From the human T2T-CHM13v2.0 reference genome, Homo sapiens, in NCBI RefSeq assembly GCF_009914755.1, contig NC_060925.1: a DNA stretch of 64,000 bases; one strand, given 5' to 3'. The notes beneath the pieces were generated by a model. It did not search any database, was not told the DNA's origin, and saw nothing but the letters and a program-made list of their open reading frames with translations. The translations under genes and the position numbers were made by a program. This document shows positions 29,271-42,038 of this stretch, piece by piece (position 1 is the stretch's first letter; every line of letters begins with the position of its first letter).

Positions 29271-30361
29271 TCCCATGATATCTTTATGGAAAATATTTCT
29301 CTAGATTATTATGAATAAGTGATCGCTTATTAGAGGAGATCTGGGAATAGGATAGTGAGTGAGTGATCTGCCCTAACTCAAGTGCGTGTACATTCAACCC
29401 TCGGTTATTTTGGCCATTTACCTGCTCTGAATTATACAAAGCAGCTTTTCATCCCTGGCCAGTGTTAGCAGATTTTACCTTCTACTTTGCTGTGTCACAT
29501 TTAGGGAATCCAAGTTCATTTTTCAATTTGTTTAGGCAAGCAAACTAGAGGAGACGTAGAGAAACTGCTTAGGGAGCTTATGCAAATCTAGGGGAGCCTG
29601 GGAGGATAGGCAATTTGGTACACTAGAAAGAGCAATGGCCTTGGAGCCAGATGGATCCAGATCCTAGCTCATTTTGAGATTTTTCATGATTTATTTAACC
29701 TCCCTGAGACTCAGTTTTCTCATATGTAAAATGGCAATGGTCATCTTGCTGGGCTGTTGCGAGGTTTGAGATAATATATTCATATTCAGCACACAGGTGC
29801 AATGAAACTGAGGTGTTTGAGGTCACACTGCTAGTAAGAGGCAGAGCCAGATTTTGTAGGATGTAAACCTATGCCTACGTGCAGTTAAAGACCATGCTTG
29901 CTCCACTATTCCGCAGTGCCACCAAGGACTCTGGCCTTCAGGAGCATGAGCCAGAACTGCACCCCATGTGACCAGAGTCAAACTTCCAACCCAGAGGGAC
30001 CTGTATTATTCCCTGGCACCTGGTCATTCTCCTGAAGGGTAAGAGATGGAGGCACCTCACCCATCTCACTCTTCCCTCTTGGTTTGGCTCTTCAGAGCAA
30101 GGGGCTTCACCTCAGAAGGGTGAATTTTCCCTGGCACATATTTTTCTTATGGATTGGGGCTTCACCCTGCTAAACTAAGCAGAACCTAACTTAAAATGAA
30201 AAGGGAGAGGGAAATCATATGTGCACTTGTTTAAAACATTGAGCAACTGAATCAATTTAGAGTAGGTTTAAAGGAGGTCAGGGCTCCAGCTTCTATTCTC
30301 ATATAAGCCTTGAACAGAAAAACCACTCAGCCATAGGTTGTGCCAGAACCCATTTTATGGC

Positions 30362-30685
30362 CTTTTTTATTGTTAGATACAGGGTCTCATTCTGTTCCCC
30401 AAACTGGAGTACAGTTGCATGATCATAGCTCACTGCAGCCTGGAACTCCCAGGCTCAAGCAGTCGTCCTACGTCAGCCTCGCAAGTAGCTACGACTCCTC
30501 AGCTTGCAGGTAGCATGCGCCATCATGCCCAGCTAACTTTTTTATTAATTTTTTTTTTTTTTTGGTGGAGACAGCAGTCTTGCTATGTTGCCCAGGCTGG
30601 TCTTAAACTCCTGGCCTCTATCAGTCCTCCTGCCTAGGCCTCCCAAAGTGCTGGGATTACAGGTGTGAGCCACCATGCCCAGCCT
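30362..30685 (-). mobile_element. AluJ
   Basis: Diverged antisense Alu. Confidence 0.85.
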
Positions 30686-31981
30686 GTTCTTAATTCTTCA
30701 TTTGCCTTTCCTCTCCTAAAAATTGCAGGTTACCCCACAGACTACTCTATTGCTTTCCATGTAGCCCAAGCCTGATCTTTGTTCCCACTCCACCACTAAG
30801 TGCATCCTTGGCAAGTTACTTGACTTCATTAAGCCTCAGTTTCCTTGTTGTAAGTGTTGCTTTGAGGATCAGTGAGGTAATCTACTTAGCATGGTGCCTG
30901 GCATATGGTAAGTAAGCACTCAGTAAATATTAGACATTATTATTAGTAGTAGTATCTAACCACTTCTACTTCCCTGTGTGACCAATTTGAATCTTTACAG
31001 CCACTGGTTCTTTGCAAATCCTTCTAGGAAAGCCTACTTTCTGCCAATGTCACATGGTTATCTCACAGTTAGGGCTCTTAGCAACTAAACTGATCTCACT
31101 TACGTTTGATTACTTTGATTTAAAGTCCCAAAGGAACCATCTCAGTAAACAGATCTCTACCTAAACTTTCTGAGCTCAGATCTCCTCCTCTGTGAATCAA
31201 CTTTCAACAATAATTGTAGATTCTGAAGCATTAACAGGCCCTCCCTACATTTGTTGCATAAATTTGTTAATAAATGATTATTCTTTTGTTGGTTCATTTA
31301 TGTATATCTTATCATTAAGGCATTCAATTTTTAAACTAAGTTTTAACTACCTGCAGCATTCCAGGAATTGTGCTCTTTAATTAGATTATAAATTATTCAG
31401 GGGAAAGAGTTGATCTCTCATTTCTTTGAGTTTCCTAAAAGTCCAGCACAGTTCTTGGCACACTGGAGGGAACCTCACAGTTCTACGCAATTACTGTGTC
31501 CTTGAAAAAATGAATGAAATAATCATTTGGGGACAGTACATTTTCCATTGGGTAGTTGGGCTGGCTACTGAGTGAAGTCTATTATGAATCGCCTTGCGAA
31601 GTGAAGGGTTCTTCTGTAATGGGGAGGATCCTCCAGTCTTCGTGTATGTGTGAACTCGGAATTTCATAGACGGCCTTGGCTCACGATCGGTTTGGCACTT
31701 CGCGTTCCTAGGCCACAGGACGTCGAACCTCGGGCGACAGCAGCCTCCCGCTAGGGGGCTCCCGACTTCCCACGGAGGTTCCACCTGTACTGCGCAGCCT
31801 CCGTCCGGGAGTGGGCGGAAATTCCCTTGCTGACGCGCGTGACGTCACCGGAGGGCGAGGTCTGCTAGAGGGGGTGGGGCATTCCCCTGCAGCAAGGGGC
31901 GGGGCCACCCCAACGCCGCTTCTGCGGCCAAAGTAGGTTGGGAGTGGAAGGTGGTGGCTGCTGCTCCGCAGTGTGGGGAAG

Positions 31982-32030
31982 ATGGCGCCGCCGGTGGCAG
32001 AGAGGGGGCTAAAGAGCGTCGTGTGGCAGA
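31982..32030 (+). CDS. STXBP3: STXBP3 (Munc18c, Sec1/Munc18 family) coding exon 1 (MAPPVAERGLKSVVWQ)
   Basis: Strong Kozak aagATGG; donor |gtgagt; recognised Munc18c N-terminus; 49 nt. Confidence 0.96.
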
Positions 32031-32354
32031 GTGAGTGCGGTGGGGTAGGGGTTGAGAGAGGGAAGGCCGGGAGGCTGCCGTGCCGGGCCTCGTTTTGCAG
32101 CCCCAACCTAGCGGTCTGTTGAGGAGCCGCCGCGAGCACTTGTTGCTTTGGGACCTGTGTGAGGACTTCTTCCTGCTTTCCTGCCCTGCCTTATTCCTTG
32201 CCAGCACCAGGGATGGGCGGGGTGCGACGGGACGCGGCCTTCTCGTTGGCGTCGGGCACCCCCTCGCCTCGGCCGCGCTCTGGCCGCGAAGCTCCGCCCC
32301 GGGTGAGCCGCCCGGCCCGGCTTTCCCTCCCGCGGAGCCCGTGCGTGCCCTCGG

Positions 32355-32421
32355 CCGCGCTCCCCACTCTTCTCCGCTCCCGTCCGCGCTCCCCACTCTT
32401 CTCCGCTCCCGTCCGCGCTCC
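32355..32421. repeat. 29-bp GC-rich tandem repeat, 2.3 copies
   Basis: ccgcgctccccactcttctccgctcccgt exact at 32355 and 32384, partial at 32413. Confidence 0.92.
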
Positions 32422-33524
32422 ACCAGTTGGGGATGTCTCTCCATCCGAGACAATCCGGGCGCTGTTTATTCCGCCCCCATCTCCACCCCACACTGGAGTT
32501 TGCAAGGACTGTTTATTCTGCTTATTCGTGTTAGTATCAACCCGTGCTTTTCAAAAAACCTCACTGTTTAACAGACTCATCTTCCCCTATTCCGAGAGGA
32601 GCCTACTTTCTGAAAAGTTCTTGAGAAGAGACCATTGGAATGACCGGTGTCCAGCCGTGACATCTTCCTGCATAGCCTGGGCAAGAGCCGCTCCTTCCGT
32701 TTTCCCTACTCTCGGGGGCCCCTCCCTGCTGTTAGGACCGGACTCCTTATTGGTTACTGATGTTCTGCGGTATCATCCACAACTTTCATAAACATCGCTC
32801 CAAACCTAGGTCTGGCAGGTTAGAGAAAGAATGAAACCACCCAACAGGAATAACCATCATTCTTTGGTATCTCTGAGTTCAAGATAATTATGGCCTAGTA
32901 GTGGAAAGGGAGTAGCATCTAATTAGTATTTCTTAGTCCAACTTGTTGAACAAAAAACAAATGATTTAGTCAGCAGAATTCTGGGAGTTAGAGTTCCTTG
33001 TCTAAAATTAAAAATCCAAATCAGTAACTGGGATAGTGCTTAACATATAGCAGGCACTAAGCAAATGTATAAATAGGTGAAAAATATGAAATTATCTTTT
33101 AAAAGATTAGATAATTTTAAGGTTGGCATTTGCTTTTTCAAGATTTACATGGCTGACTTAAGATTTGAGATGTTTTAAAACAATGGTATTTAAATACATT
33201 TATGTGAAAATGGGTAACAAATTGTGTTGTATAATTTCCAAGATATATATGTGATTAACATCCGCATGTATGTATTTAAGCCAGTTCTTTACATATTGAA
33301 TCATAAGCTTTTCCCTTTTTCACATTTTCCTTCTGATCCTCATACAGATAAAGACATTGTTTTTATTATCTGTCATTCTGTGACTTCCTTTTTTTTAAAC
33401 AACTGACATTGACTCAACATTTTTCATGTTGCTTCACAATCTCGTAATTAACATTTTAAATTGCTTTTTAAATACCTTGAGGTGGCAAAAAATTTTGATA
33501 GCAGAAAAGAAAAGAAAAAATTAT

Positions 33525-34121
<597 letters not shown>

Positions 34122-35789
34122 TTATTTGGGTAACTTTTGGACTAGTGGAAGATTAATTTAGAGATTAGGTAGAAGCCAGTCAGTGGAGGATGTTAAATAG
34201 TAGAGTTTAGATTTTATTCTGTAAGCAAGAGTGAGCATTTGAGGGAATTTCGAGGTGTGTATTAATATAAACAAAGGGTTGTATTTCAGGAAGGTGACTC
34301 TGACAGCTGTGTGAAAAATGGATTGAAATAGCAAAGGTGTTGGAGGTGGAAAGCAGGAAATCCAGATAGGATTCTATTGCAGTACTTCAGTGAGAGAGAA
34401 GAATCAAGTCGATGCTGGGTGACAGTAGCAATGAAAAATAATAGCTACCAGGGAGAACAATCAATATGCCTAATAGGTGGGCGTGGGGAAAGGAGGAAAT
34501 AGACAAAGACAATGACTAAGAAAATGACAATAATACTTAGAGAAATAAGTCTAGAGTAGTTTTCAGGGTGCTGTAATCTCAACTTGAGACATGTAGCTGC
34601 TTGTATCTGTATTGCGTAGTTGAATGAAGTTCAAAGAGAGAAAGGCTGTAAGATTGTGGAAAATCGAAAGATTAATATGATAGATGAAACTTTGATGATG
34701 AATATGGTCTCTGAGAAGACCAGCCACAGGAGCAAATTCTCTTACCTTTGCTCTGAGAACAAGCAGAGCAAAAGTAAGAGAATTGAGTCTTGAGATATAT
34801 CCATATTTAGGATGCTAGAGAAATGGATATAAGGTCAAATGATTTTCATTAGTATTTAGAGGAAATACCTCCTTAGTTCTATAGTATTTGTTGATATGAT
34901 TTCCTTTGACTCCTCTCTAAACATACCTACCTGTGACTGTGTCACTTTTTATGGGTGCCCTTACTATCTCCATAAAACTAGTTCTTTCTTTTAGACAATA
35001 ACACTGACTCTGTAGGTATCTTCAGATTCTTTTTATTTTTTCCTCTGGCAGACACAGGTAGATCCAAGTATCTTCAGATTCCAAGACAGTTCTATCATTA
35101 GAAATTTAAAGCACATATGTAATTTTAAATTTTCTAGTAGTCACATAAAAAGGTAAAAAGAAAAAGGTAAAATTAATATATTATATTTGACCTAATAAGT
35201 TTTTTACATTCCTTTTTTTGTGCTAAGGTTTTTTGAAGTCTCATATGTATTCTGTACTTACAGGATATCTCAGTTCAGACTAGCCACATTTCAGGTGCTC
35301 AACAGCCAGATATGGCTGGTTTCCACCATCTAGGACAATGCAGTTCTAAGGTTTCAAAGACTGTAATGAGATGACTTCTGCTTGGGGAGCTTTTCTCCAA
35401 TCTGCTCCATCATAAATTCCATGAGCATTCATTTCTTAAGAGAAAGACACAAATAAATCTGATAAAAACAAGCAAATGTCTTCAATTTTCAGCTGTTTGA
35501 GGTATAAGGAATGAAGCTAGCTTTGAAAGGAAAAGCAGCATAATATTTCTGTATCTGAGCTCTACCGGAGAAAATCCTTTATTTTTGCCTGTAGGGTTCT
35601 AGAAGCCAGCGCTTTTGGCTTAAATTATGGTTAAATATTTCGGACTTTCACCATAATTCTCATATAACACTATAATCCTCCTAGCAAACAATATATAATT
35701 ATCTCAATTGATATTTCATAACACTTCCAAATCTTCTCAATCACAGTACAACCTTCCAGATCACAATTCTAAAAATGACTATAAATAAC

Positions 35790-36621
35790 TGAATTGCTTT
35801 TACTAACAACATTTCTGACACCAAATATGTGTTTTATTCCCCCCTCACACCAACCAGTTCTCCAACTCTGGACACCAGCTGTATTAGTGTCAGAATTGAA
35901 ATGAATTGTAGGATATCCAGTTAGTTAGGAACTAGTTAGCTAGGAACACTAGTTAGTGTCAGACTCCACAGGTTTAAGGGCTCAGTCTCACAATACTGCC
36001 TTCACTTCAAATGCCAGTACCAAGTCCCTAGGTTACCCACACTTCTGTCTGTCTTGGCTACAAAGTCAGGAATTCCTACAACCTCCCTTCCCTTTCAGGT
36101 TCATTAATTTGCTGGAATGGCTCACAGAACTTCAGAAAACGCTTAACTTACTATTACCAGTTTATTACAAAAGATACAAATGAACAGCCAGGTTGGAGAG
36201 GTACATAGGGTAAGGTCAAAAAAGGTCCTAAGCATAGGTGCTTCTATCCACATGGAGTTGGGTGTCTCACCCTCCTGGCACATGGTTTGTTCACCACCTT
36301 GGGAGCTCTCCAAACTCTCTTAAGGGGTTTTTATGGAGGCTTCATTATATAAGCATGAATGATTACATCACTGGTGATTGAACTCAATCTCCAGTCCCTC
36401 TTCTTTCCCAGAGGTCCTGGGGTGGGGCTGAAAGTTCCAACCCTCTAAACATGGCTTGGTCTGGTGACCAGCCCTCAATCTAAAGCTGTATAGGGGCCCC
36501 TCACCCAAGAGTCATTTCATTTGCAGACGGAAGAGATGCTATCACTCAGGAGATTCCAAGGTCTTTAGGGGCTCTGTGCTAGGAACAGGGGGTAAAAACC
36601 AAATATTTTTTATTGTATCAC
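35790..36621. mobile_element. MER21-like solo LTR
   Basis: ttctgacaccaa...gtcagactccacaggtttaagggctcagtc...aatttgctggaatggctcacagaact...ggggctgaaagttccaaccctctaa...atcaca; family recalled from consensus; left boundary uncertain. Confidence 0.65.
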
Positions 36622-37527
36622 AGTAACTGTTATTATTTATACCCTCTGATAGAAGAGCCGTCAGTTTTTAACATGACTTGTTACCAAAAACTTGTTGATA
36701 AATTTCCCAAAAGCATTAACTTAAATATAAATTAGGAAATAGAAAAGCTTAAGTTAATGAAATAACCATCTCATTAATAAGATTTAATGAAAAATAGGTT
36801 ACTATAATTTATATTTTAATTATATTTTATGTATTACTATGTATTACTACCGATTTTAAAATCAATTGAACATTAATAAAACATAGTGTGGGAAATTGTT
36901 TTATTAAGTAGAACAGATATTTGTATAAATTGTCCACATGAATTATTTAATACATAATGGAAAATGTTTTTAAATCAGTGAACTAATTTTTAAAACATAT
37001 TTAGATAATTTTGAAAGTCATTGTAAGGAACATATTTATTGATTATAAATCAAGACAATATTGGTATCCAAATGCTGTGATATGTATTGTTGAAAAGCAT
37101 AATGTAGTAAATCAGTATGAAAAATTTTTATGCAGATTTGATCATCAGATATAATTTAGCAATGGGCAACTTAAGGATGTTCCCGTGGGTTTTTTGTTTT
37201 CATCTTGTTTTACTTGGGATTTAAGTAGAATAGGAAAAACCAAATCAGGTAATAATTTTAGAAATATTTTCTCGGTACGTTCATGTACTTAAATATATTA
37301 ACCCTTTTTATAATACCTTTTAAAGTTAAAAAATTGATTACAGTTTAAATGTACTGTATAGGCTAGGTATTAGAATTGGATTTTTCCGTAAGGTTTAACA
37401 AATATGTATGCTTTTTATGTAGTTTAACAAATTTCAAATTGGATTTTTCCTTAGCCATTTTGGACCCTTTGGATTACTATGTTTCTGTTTATTTAATTCC
37501 TAAGTAATTCCTTTCTTTTTTAAACAG

Positions 37528-37577
37528 AGATAAAAGCAACAGTGTTTGATGACTGCAAGAAAGAAGGCGAATGGAAG
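37528..37577 (+). CDS. STXBP3: STXBP3 exon 2 (KIKATVFDDCKKEGEWK)
   Basis: acag| and |gtagag; 50 nt; in frame. Confidence 0.95.
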
Positions 37578-37619
37578 GTAGAGTTTGCATACCTTGCTCT
37601 TATAAAAAATAATACAAAC

Positions 37620-37832
37620 TTTAAAAACAATACAGTATAAAAACTACATAGTATTTACATGGTATTAGGTATTCTAGTATAAGTAATCTAAAGATAATTT
37701 GACGTATGTGGGAGGATGTGTGTAGGTTACATGCAAACACTACACTATTTTATATAAGAGATTTGAGCATCCATGGATTTTTGGTATACACAGGGGTCCT
37801 CGAACCCCCATGGATACCGAGGGATGACTATA
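37620..37832. mobile_element. MER2 (TcMar-Tigger) fragment
   Basis: gggaggatgtgtgtaggttacatgcaaacactac...catggataccgagggatgact terminal sequence. Confidence 0.75.
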
Positions 37833-38333
37833 TAGGGTCTGGAATCACACTGCTTGGCTCCAAATACTAACTTCACCACTTAATAGCTGTGGCTCCTTGC
37901 ACAAGTTACTTGACCTCTCTCTGCCCCATTTCCTTGTTTATAAAAATGGTGATGGTAATACCTCATATGGTAATTGTAAATATGAGGTGAATTAATCCAT
38001 GGAAATTACTTAAAACAGTGCTTTGTGCAATAATTGTTCTACAAGTGGCAATTGTAATTTTAAGAAAATTTGATGTTAAACAGTGTCATTCAAAATGAAT
38101 AAGCTCTATGTTTCAAATTAGAAATATTTCTGTTTGTTTACTTATGTACGATACTATATGCATGTATATTGAGAAAATCTCTAGCTCATGCAAGATAAAA
38201 GATGAGATCATTTTGCCTACTGTTCTGATATTTTGTGTTATAAAAGGCTTATAAAGTTTAATGGATAAAATTCTTTTTTTCATTCTTGGTAATAGGATGC
38301 TTACAGTATTTTTAAATTTGTGTTTGTTTTAAG

Positions 38334-38415
38334 ATAATGCTTTTAGATGAATTTACCACTAAGCTTTTGGCATCGTGTTGCAAAATGACAGATCTTCTAG
38401 AAGAAGGTATTACTG
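38334..38415 (+). CDS. STXBP3: STXBP3 exon 3 (IMLLDEFTTKLLASCCKMTDLLEEGIT)
   Basis: tttaag| and |gtaagt; 82 nt; Sec1-family motif W-K-x-L-x-x-D...EGIT. Confidence 0.96.
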
Positions 38416-39296
38416 GTAAGTGTTATTCTTGGCATGAACACTTTTTAATTGTAATTGGGGGAGATCTGAGGTATTAAATTTTAGTTAGTAGTTGTGTTTC
38501 TAAGGAGCTTATTTTTTTAAATTACTGTAGCCATAACTATTAGATTTAACATTCTTTTCTCTGAATCTTCTGTCAGTTTTTTTCCCTCAGCCGAGACATT
38601 AATAGACCTCTAACCAAGCCTAACTTAATTGCTTTGTTGAGGTTGTTCTTTAAATGTTTTACTCATATATACATATATATATATATAAAACAATTTTGTA
38701 TATTGATACACAAGCTTTACTTCAGTATTTTGATTTAGTTTATGGTTTCATATATCACTTTAAAATGGATATCAAGATTTATGTCATAAAATCAGCTGTT
38801 GTACATGTTTACAAATGCATAATGCTGACTTCGTAAATTTATCTTTATTACCAGAAATGAGACAAATAATTATAAGTTTAAATCAGTTTTAGTATGAAAA
38901 TTTGAAATACTTACAGATTCTGAAAAAAAATCATAATGTCATAAGAAGTTATCTTCCTCTAGGCGGGATTATGTTATTGAGATATTAATCTGTATTACCT
39001 ATTGAGGAAAATACCAATATCTTGTAACATGCATAATCATGTTATTCTTAATTCATCATCCTTTAACTCACTTATTAAAATTTGATCTTCATAATAACCC
39101 TATGAAGACAGATAAATACTCTCATTTGTAATGAGGAATCTGAGGCTCCAAGTGAAATATAATTCATTTATATTTTGGATCCTAATGTAGTTTATGTACC
39201 GTCTGTTACTCCTAACTTAATGAAGTTCAAAAGTATACCCAGTATTCTCAAGAAAGTCTGACCATATAATATTTATGTTTTGATGTTTACACATAA

Positions 39297-39608
<312 letters not shown>

Positions 39609-40344
39609 TAAAGTAACCTTTATTGTTTATTACATATTCAATTGTGGTCTTTCTGACCCTCAATGTAAAAAGCTCTAAACTAGAAATTAGAAAATTGAAG
39701 CCTTGATTTTTCTACTCCTGGATAAGTGAAATATTGATTAAGCCACTTAAGTTTTTTAAGTTCTGAAAGGTCATTCTGATGTGAAACTAGGGTGAGAACC
39801 ATTTGATAATACATAAAAGTTCTGTGGAACTGCAGAGCCATTATGCACTGTAGGGAGGTTTTATTGCATTTTGTAGACCATTGTTTCTTACTGTATGCTC
39901 ACTATTAATAGATATTCTTCAAGGAAGGGATTCCATGGCCAGTACATTTAGGAAACAGTATTAAACAGAGCTCCACAGCTTTCTTTAGGACTTAAGAGTC
40001 TTTATATGCCAAGGTATAAGTGGATCCCCTGGGTAAAATGATAGTATTCAGTTTTCTAAACTTATTTGGCCACAGAAAGCTATTTTTGAGAAGCATTTCA
40101 TAGGACTGTATATCATAGAGCTCGCTGCTGTGGGATACCTTTGATATCCTCCAGAACCACCTAAGTTTGCTATGGTTTAATTGTAGTCATATCTTCTAAC
40201 TTAAACTCAAAACAGTCCTTTTGAGTTCCACATTAGCTCTCCTGAAAATCCCTCTATGAAACTGGGCACTGGCAGGTTCAGCAGTCAAACTTTCTGTTGT
40301 CATTCAGGTCATTCATGAAAATATTTAGTAGTGTCTTGGGATTA

Positions 40345-40745
<401 letters not shown>

Positions 40746-41961
40746 GACTGGGAATTAGATTTTTTTTTTCACTATTAAAGACCTTTCTCTTTGTTTTTTT
40801 AGTTGTTTGATAGATGTGTATTTTTCAGTGAATGGAGAAGTGGCACTTTCTGTTATTAATAAAGAGATTTCAGAATATTTTCAGAGCCTGAGCCCTAAAT
40901 CATATCTATCACAGTATTTTCAGTGTTTTAACAAATACATTATTCACCAAACAAAATAATATGTATAGCATGACTGTAAGACACTCCATTTTGAACATTA
41001 AACAATTGAAATAAATGAAAACAGATTAAACCTTAATTTTTTCAAGTAAAACTATAATAGTTGAGAATGAAGATAAAAAGATTAAATTTTTCCTTGGAAA
41101 TATTATTTGATTGTCTAGTAGTAGTTATGATAAACCTATACATTACTAATATACATTTAGGAATGAGAAAAGGAAATCACCATATTTAAAAGAGAAGTCC
41201 AGCAGTAACCTCTCTTGCCCGTCACATTAATGTTAATTCTTTCTAGGCCCTTTGTCAACATGAATCTTGAAAGATGGTTCCCTGGATTTGTTGAAGGATA
41301 CTTTAAATTAGTTTTAAGAAATATATATGTAGCTTTAAATAGTTAATTTGACAAAGTTTATTAACTTTATATTCACTTTGCTTTAGCTAATCTTATAAAC
41401 TGCTTAATTTCCATAATAAAAAATATAATTGACTAAATTCTAGTGATGTTCTGTTGTTGAAAAAATACTTTATAAATATGTGTGGTTTTGAAAGAATAGG
41501 CGTTAATTGGCAATTTATTTAAACAGCATTGTGGCAGGTAAAAACTTGGGCTCTGGAGTCACATCTGGGTTAGAAGCCTGCCTGTTCCACTTCCTAACTG
41601 TGTGATTGGATAAGTTACTTCTTTAAGCTTCAGTTTCCTCATTTGTAAAATACTTGCAAGGTTATTATGAATTTTAATGAGTAATTCATGTAAGAAAATG
41701 AATTATTAATTTAAGAAATGAATAATTTCTTACATTATTCATGTAAGAAAATGAAGAATTTTTATTTTTCATTTTTCAGGATTTTAAAATGTATCCAGTG
41801 AAGACAAAGAAAATGTTAAACCCAGTAAATGTTTTTGTTTTCATATTATTTGTAAATGTATTTTCATATTATTATAAATGGAAAGTACAGTAAAGTTTAT
41901 TTAAAAATTATTTTAAGTATATAAATATTTGGTTATATAAAATGACCTTTTTTCTTGTTAG

Positions 41962-42038
41962 TTGTAGAGAATATTTATAAGAACCGTGAACCTGTCAGAC
42001 AAATGAAAGCTCTTTATTTCATCACTCCGACATCAAAG
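41962..42038 (+). CDS. STXBP3: STXBP3 exon 4 (VVENIYKNREPVRQMKALYFITPTSK)
   Basis: gttag| and |gtgagt; 77 nt; Sec1 motif REP...A-x-YFITP. Confidence 0.96.

Larger units (their letters stand above)
31660..32470. promoter_or_regulatory. CpG island / TATA-less promoter of STXBP3
   Basis: Abrupt GC- and CpG-rich stretch around exon 1. Motifs: GGAAATTCCC 31817-31826, half-CRE 31831-31835, full CRE TGACGTCA 31840-31847, GC box GGGGCGGGGC 31896-31905, YY1-type AAGATGGCG 31979-31987. Confidence 0.92.

Noticed and set aside
31491-32791. Multiple overlapping 100-210 aa ORFs on both strands
   Set aside because: Expected in a GC-rich CpG island with few stop codons; low-complexity Arg/Pro/Gly translations.
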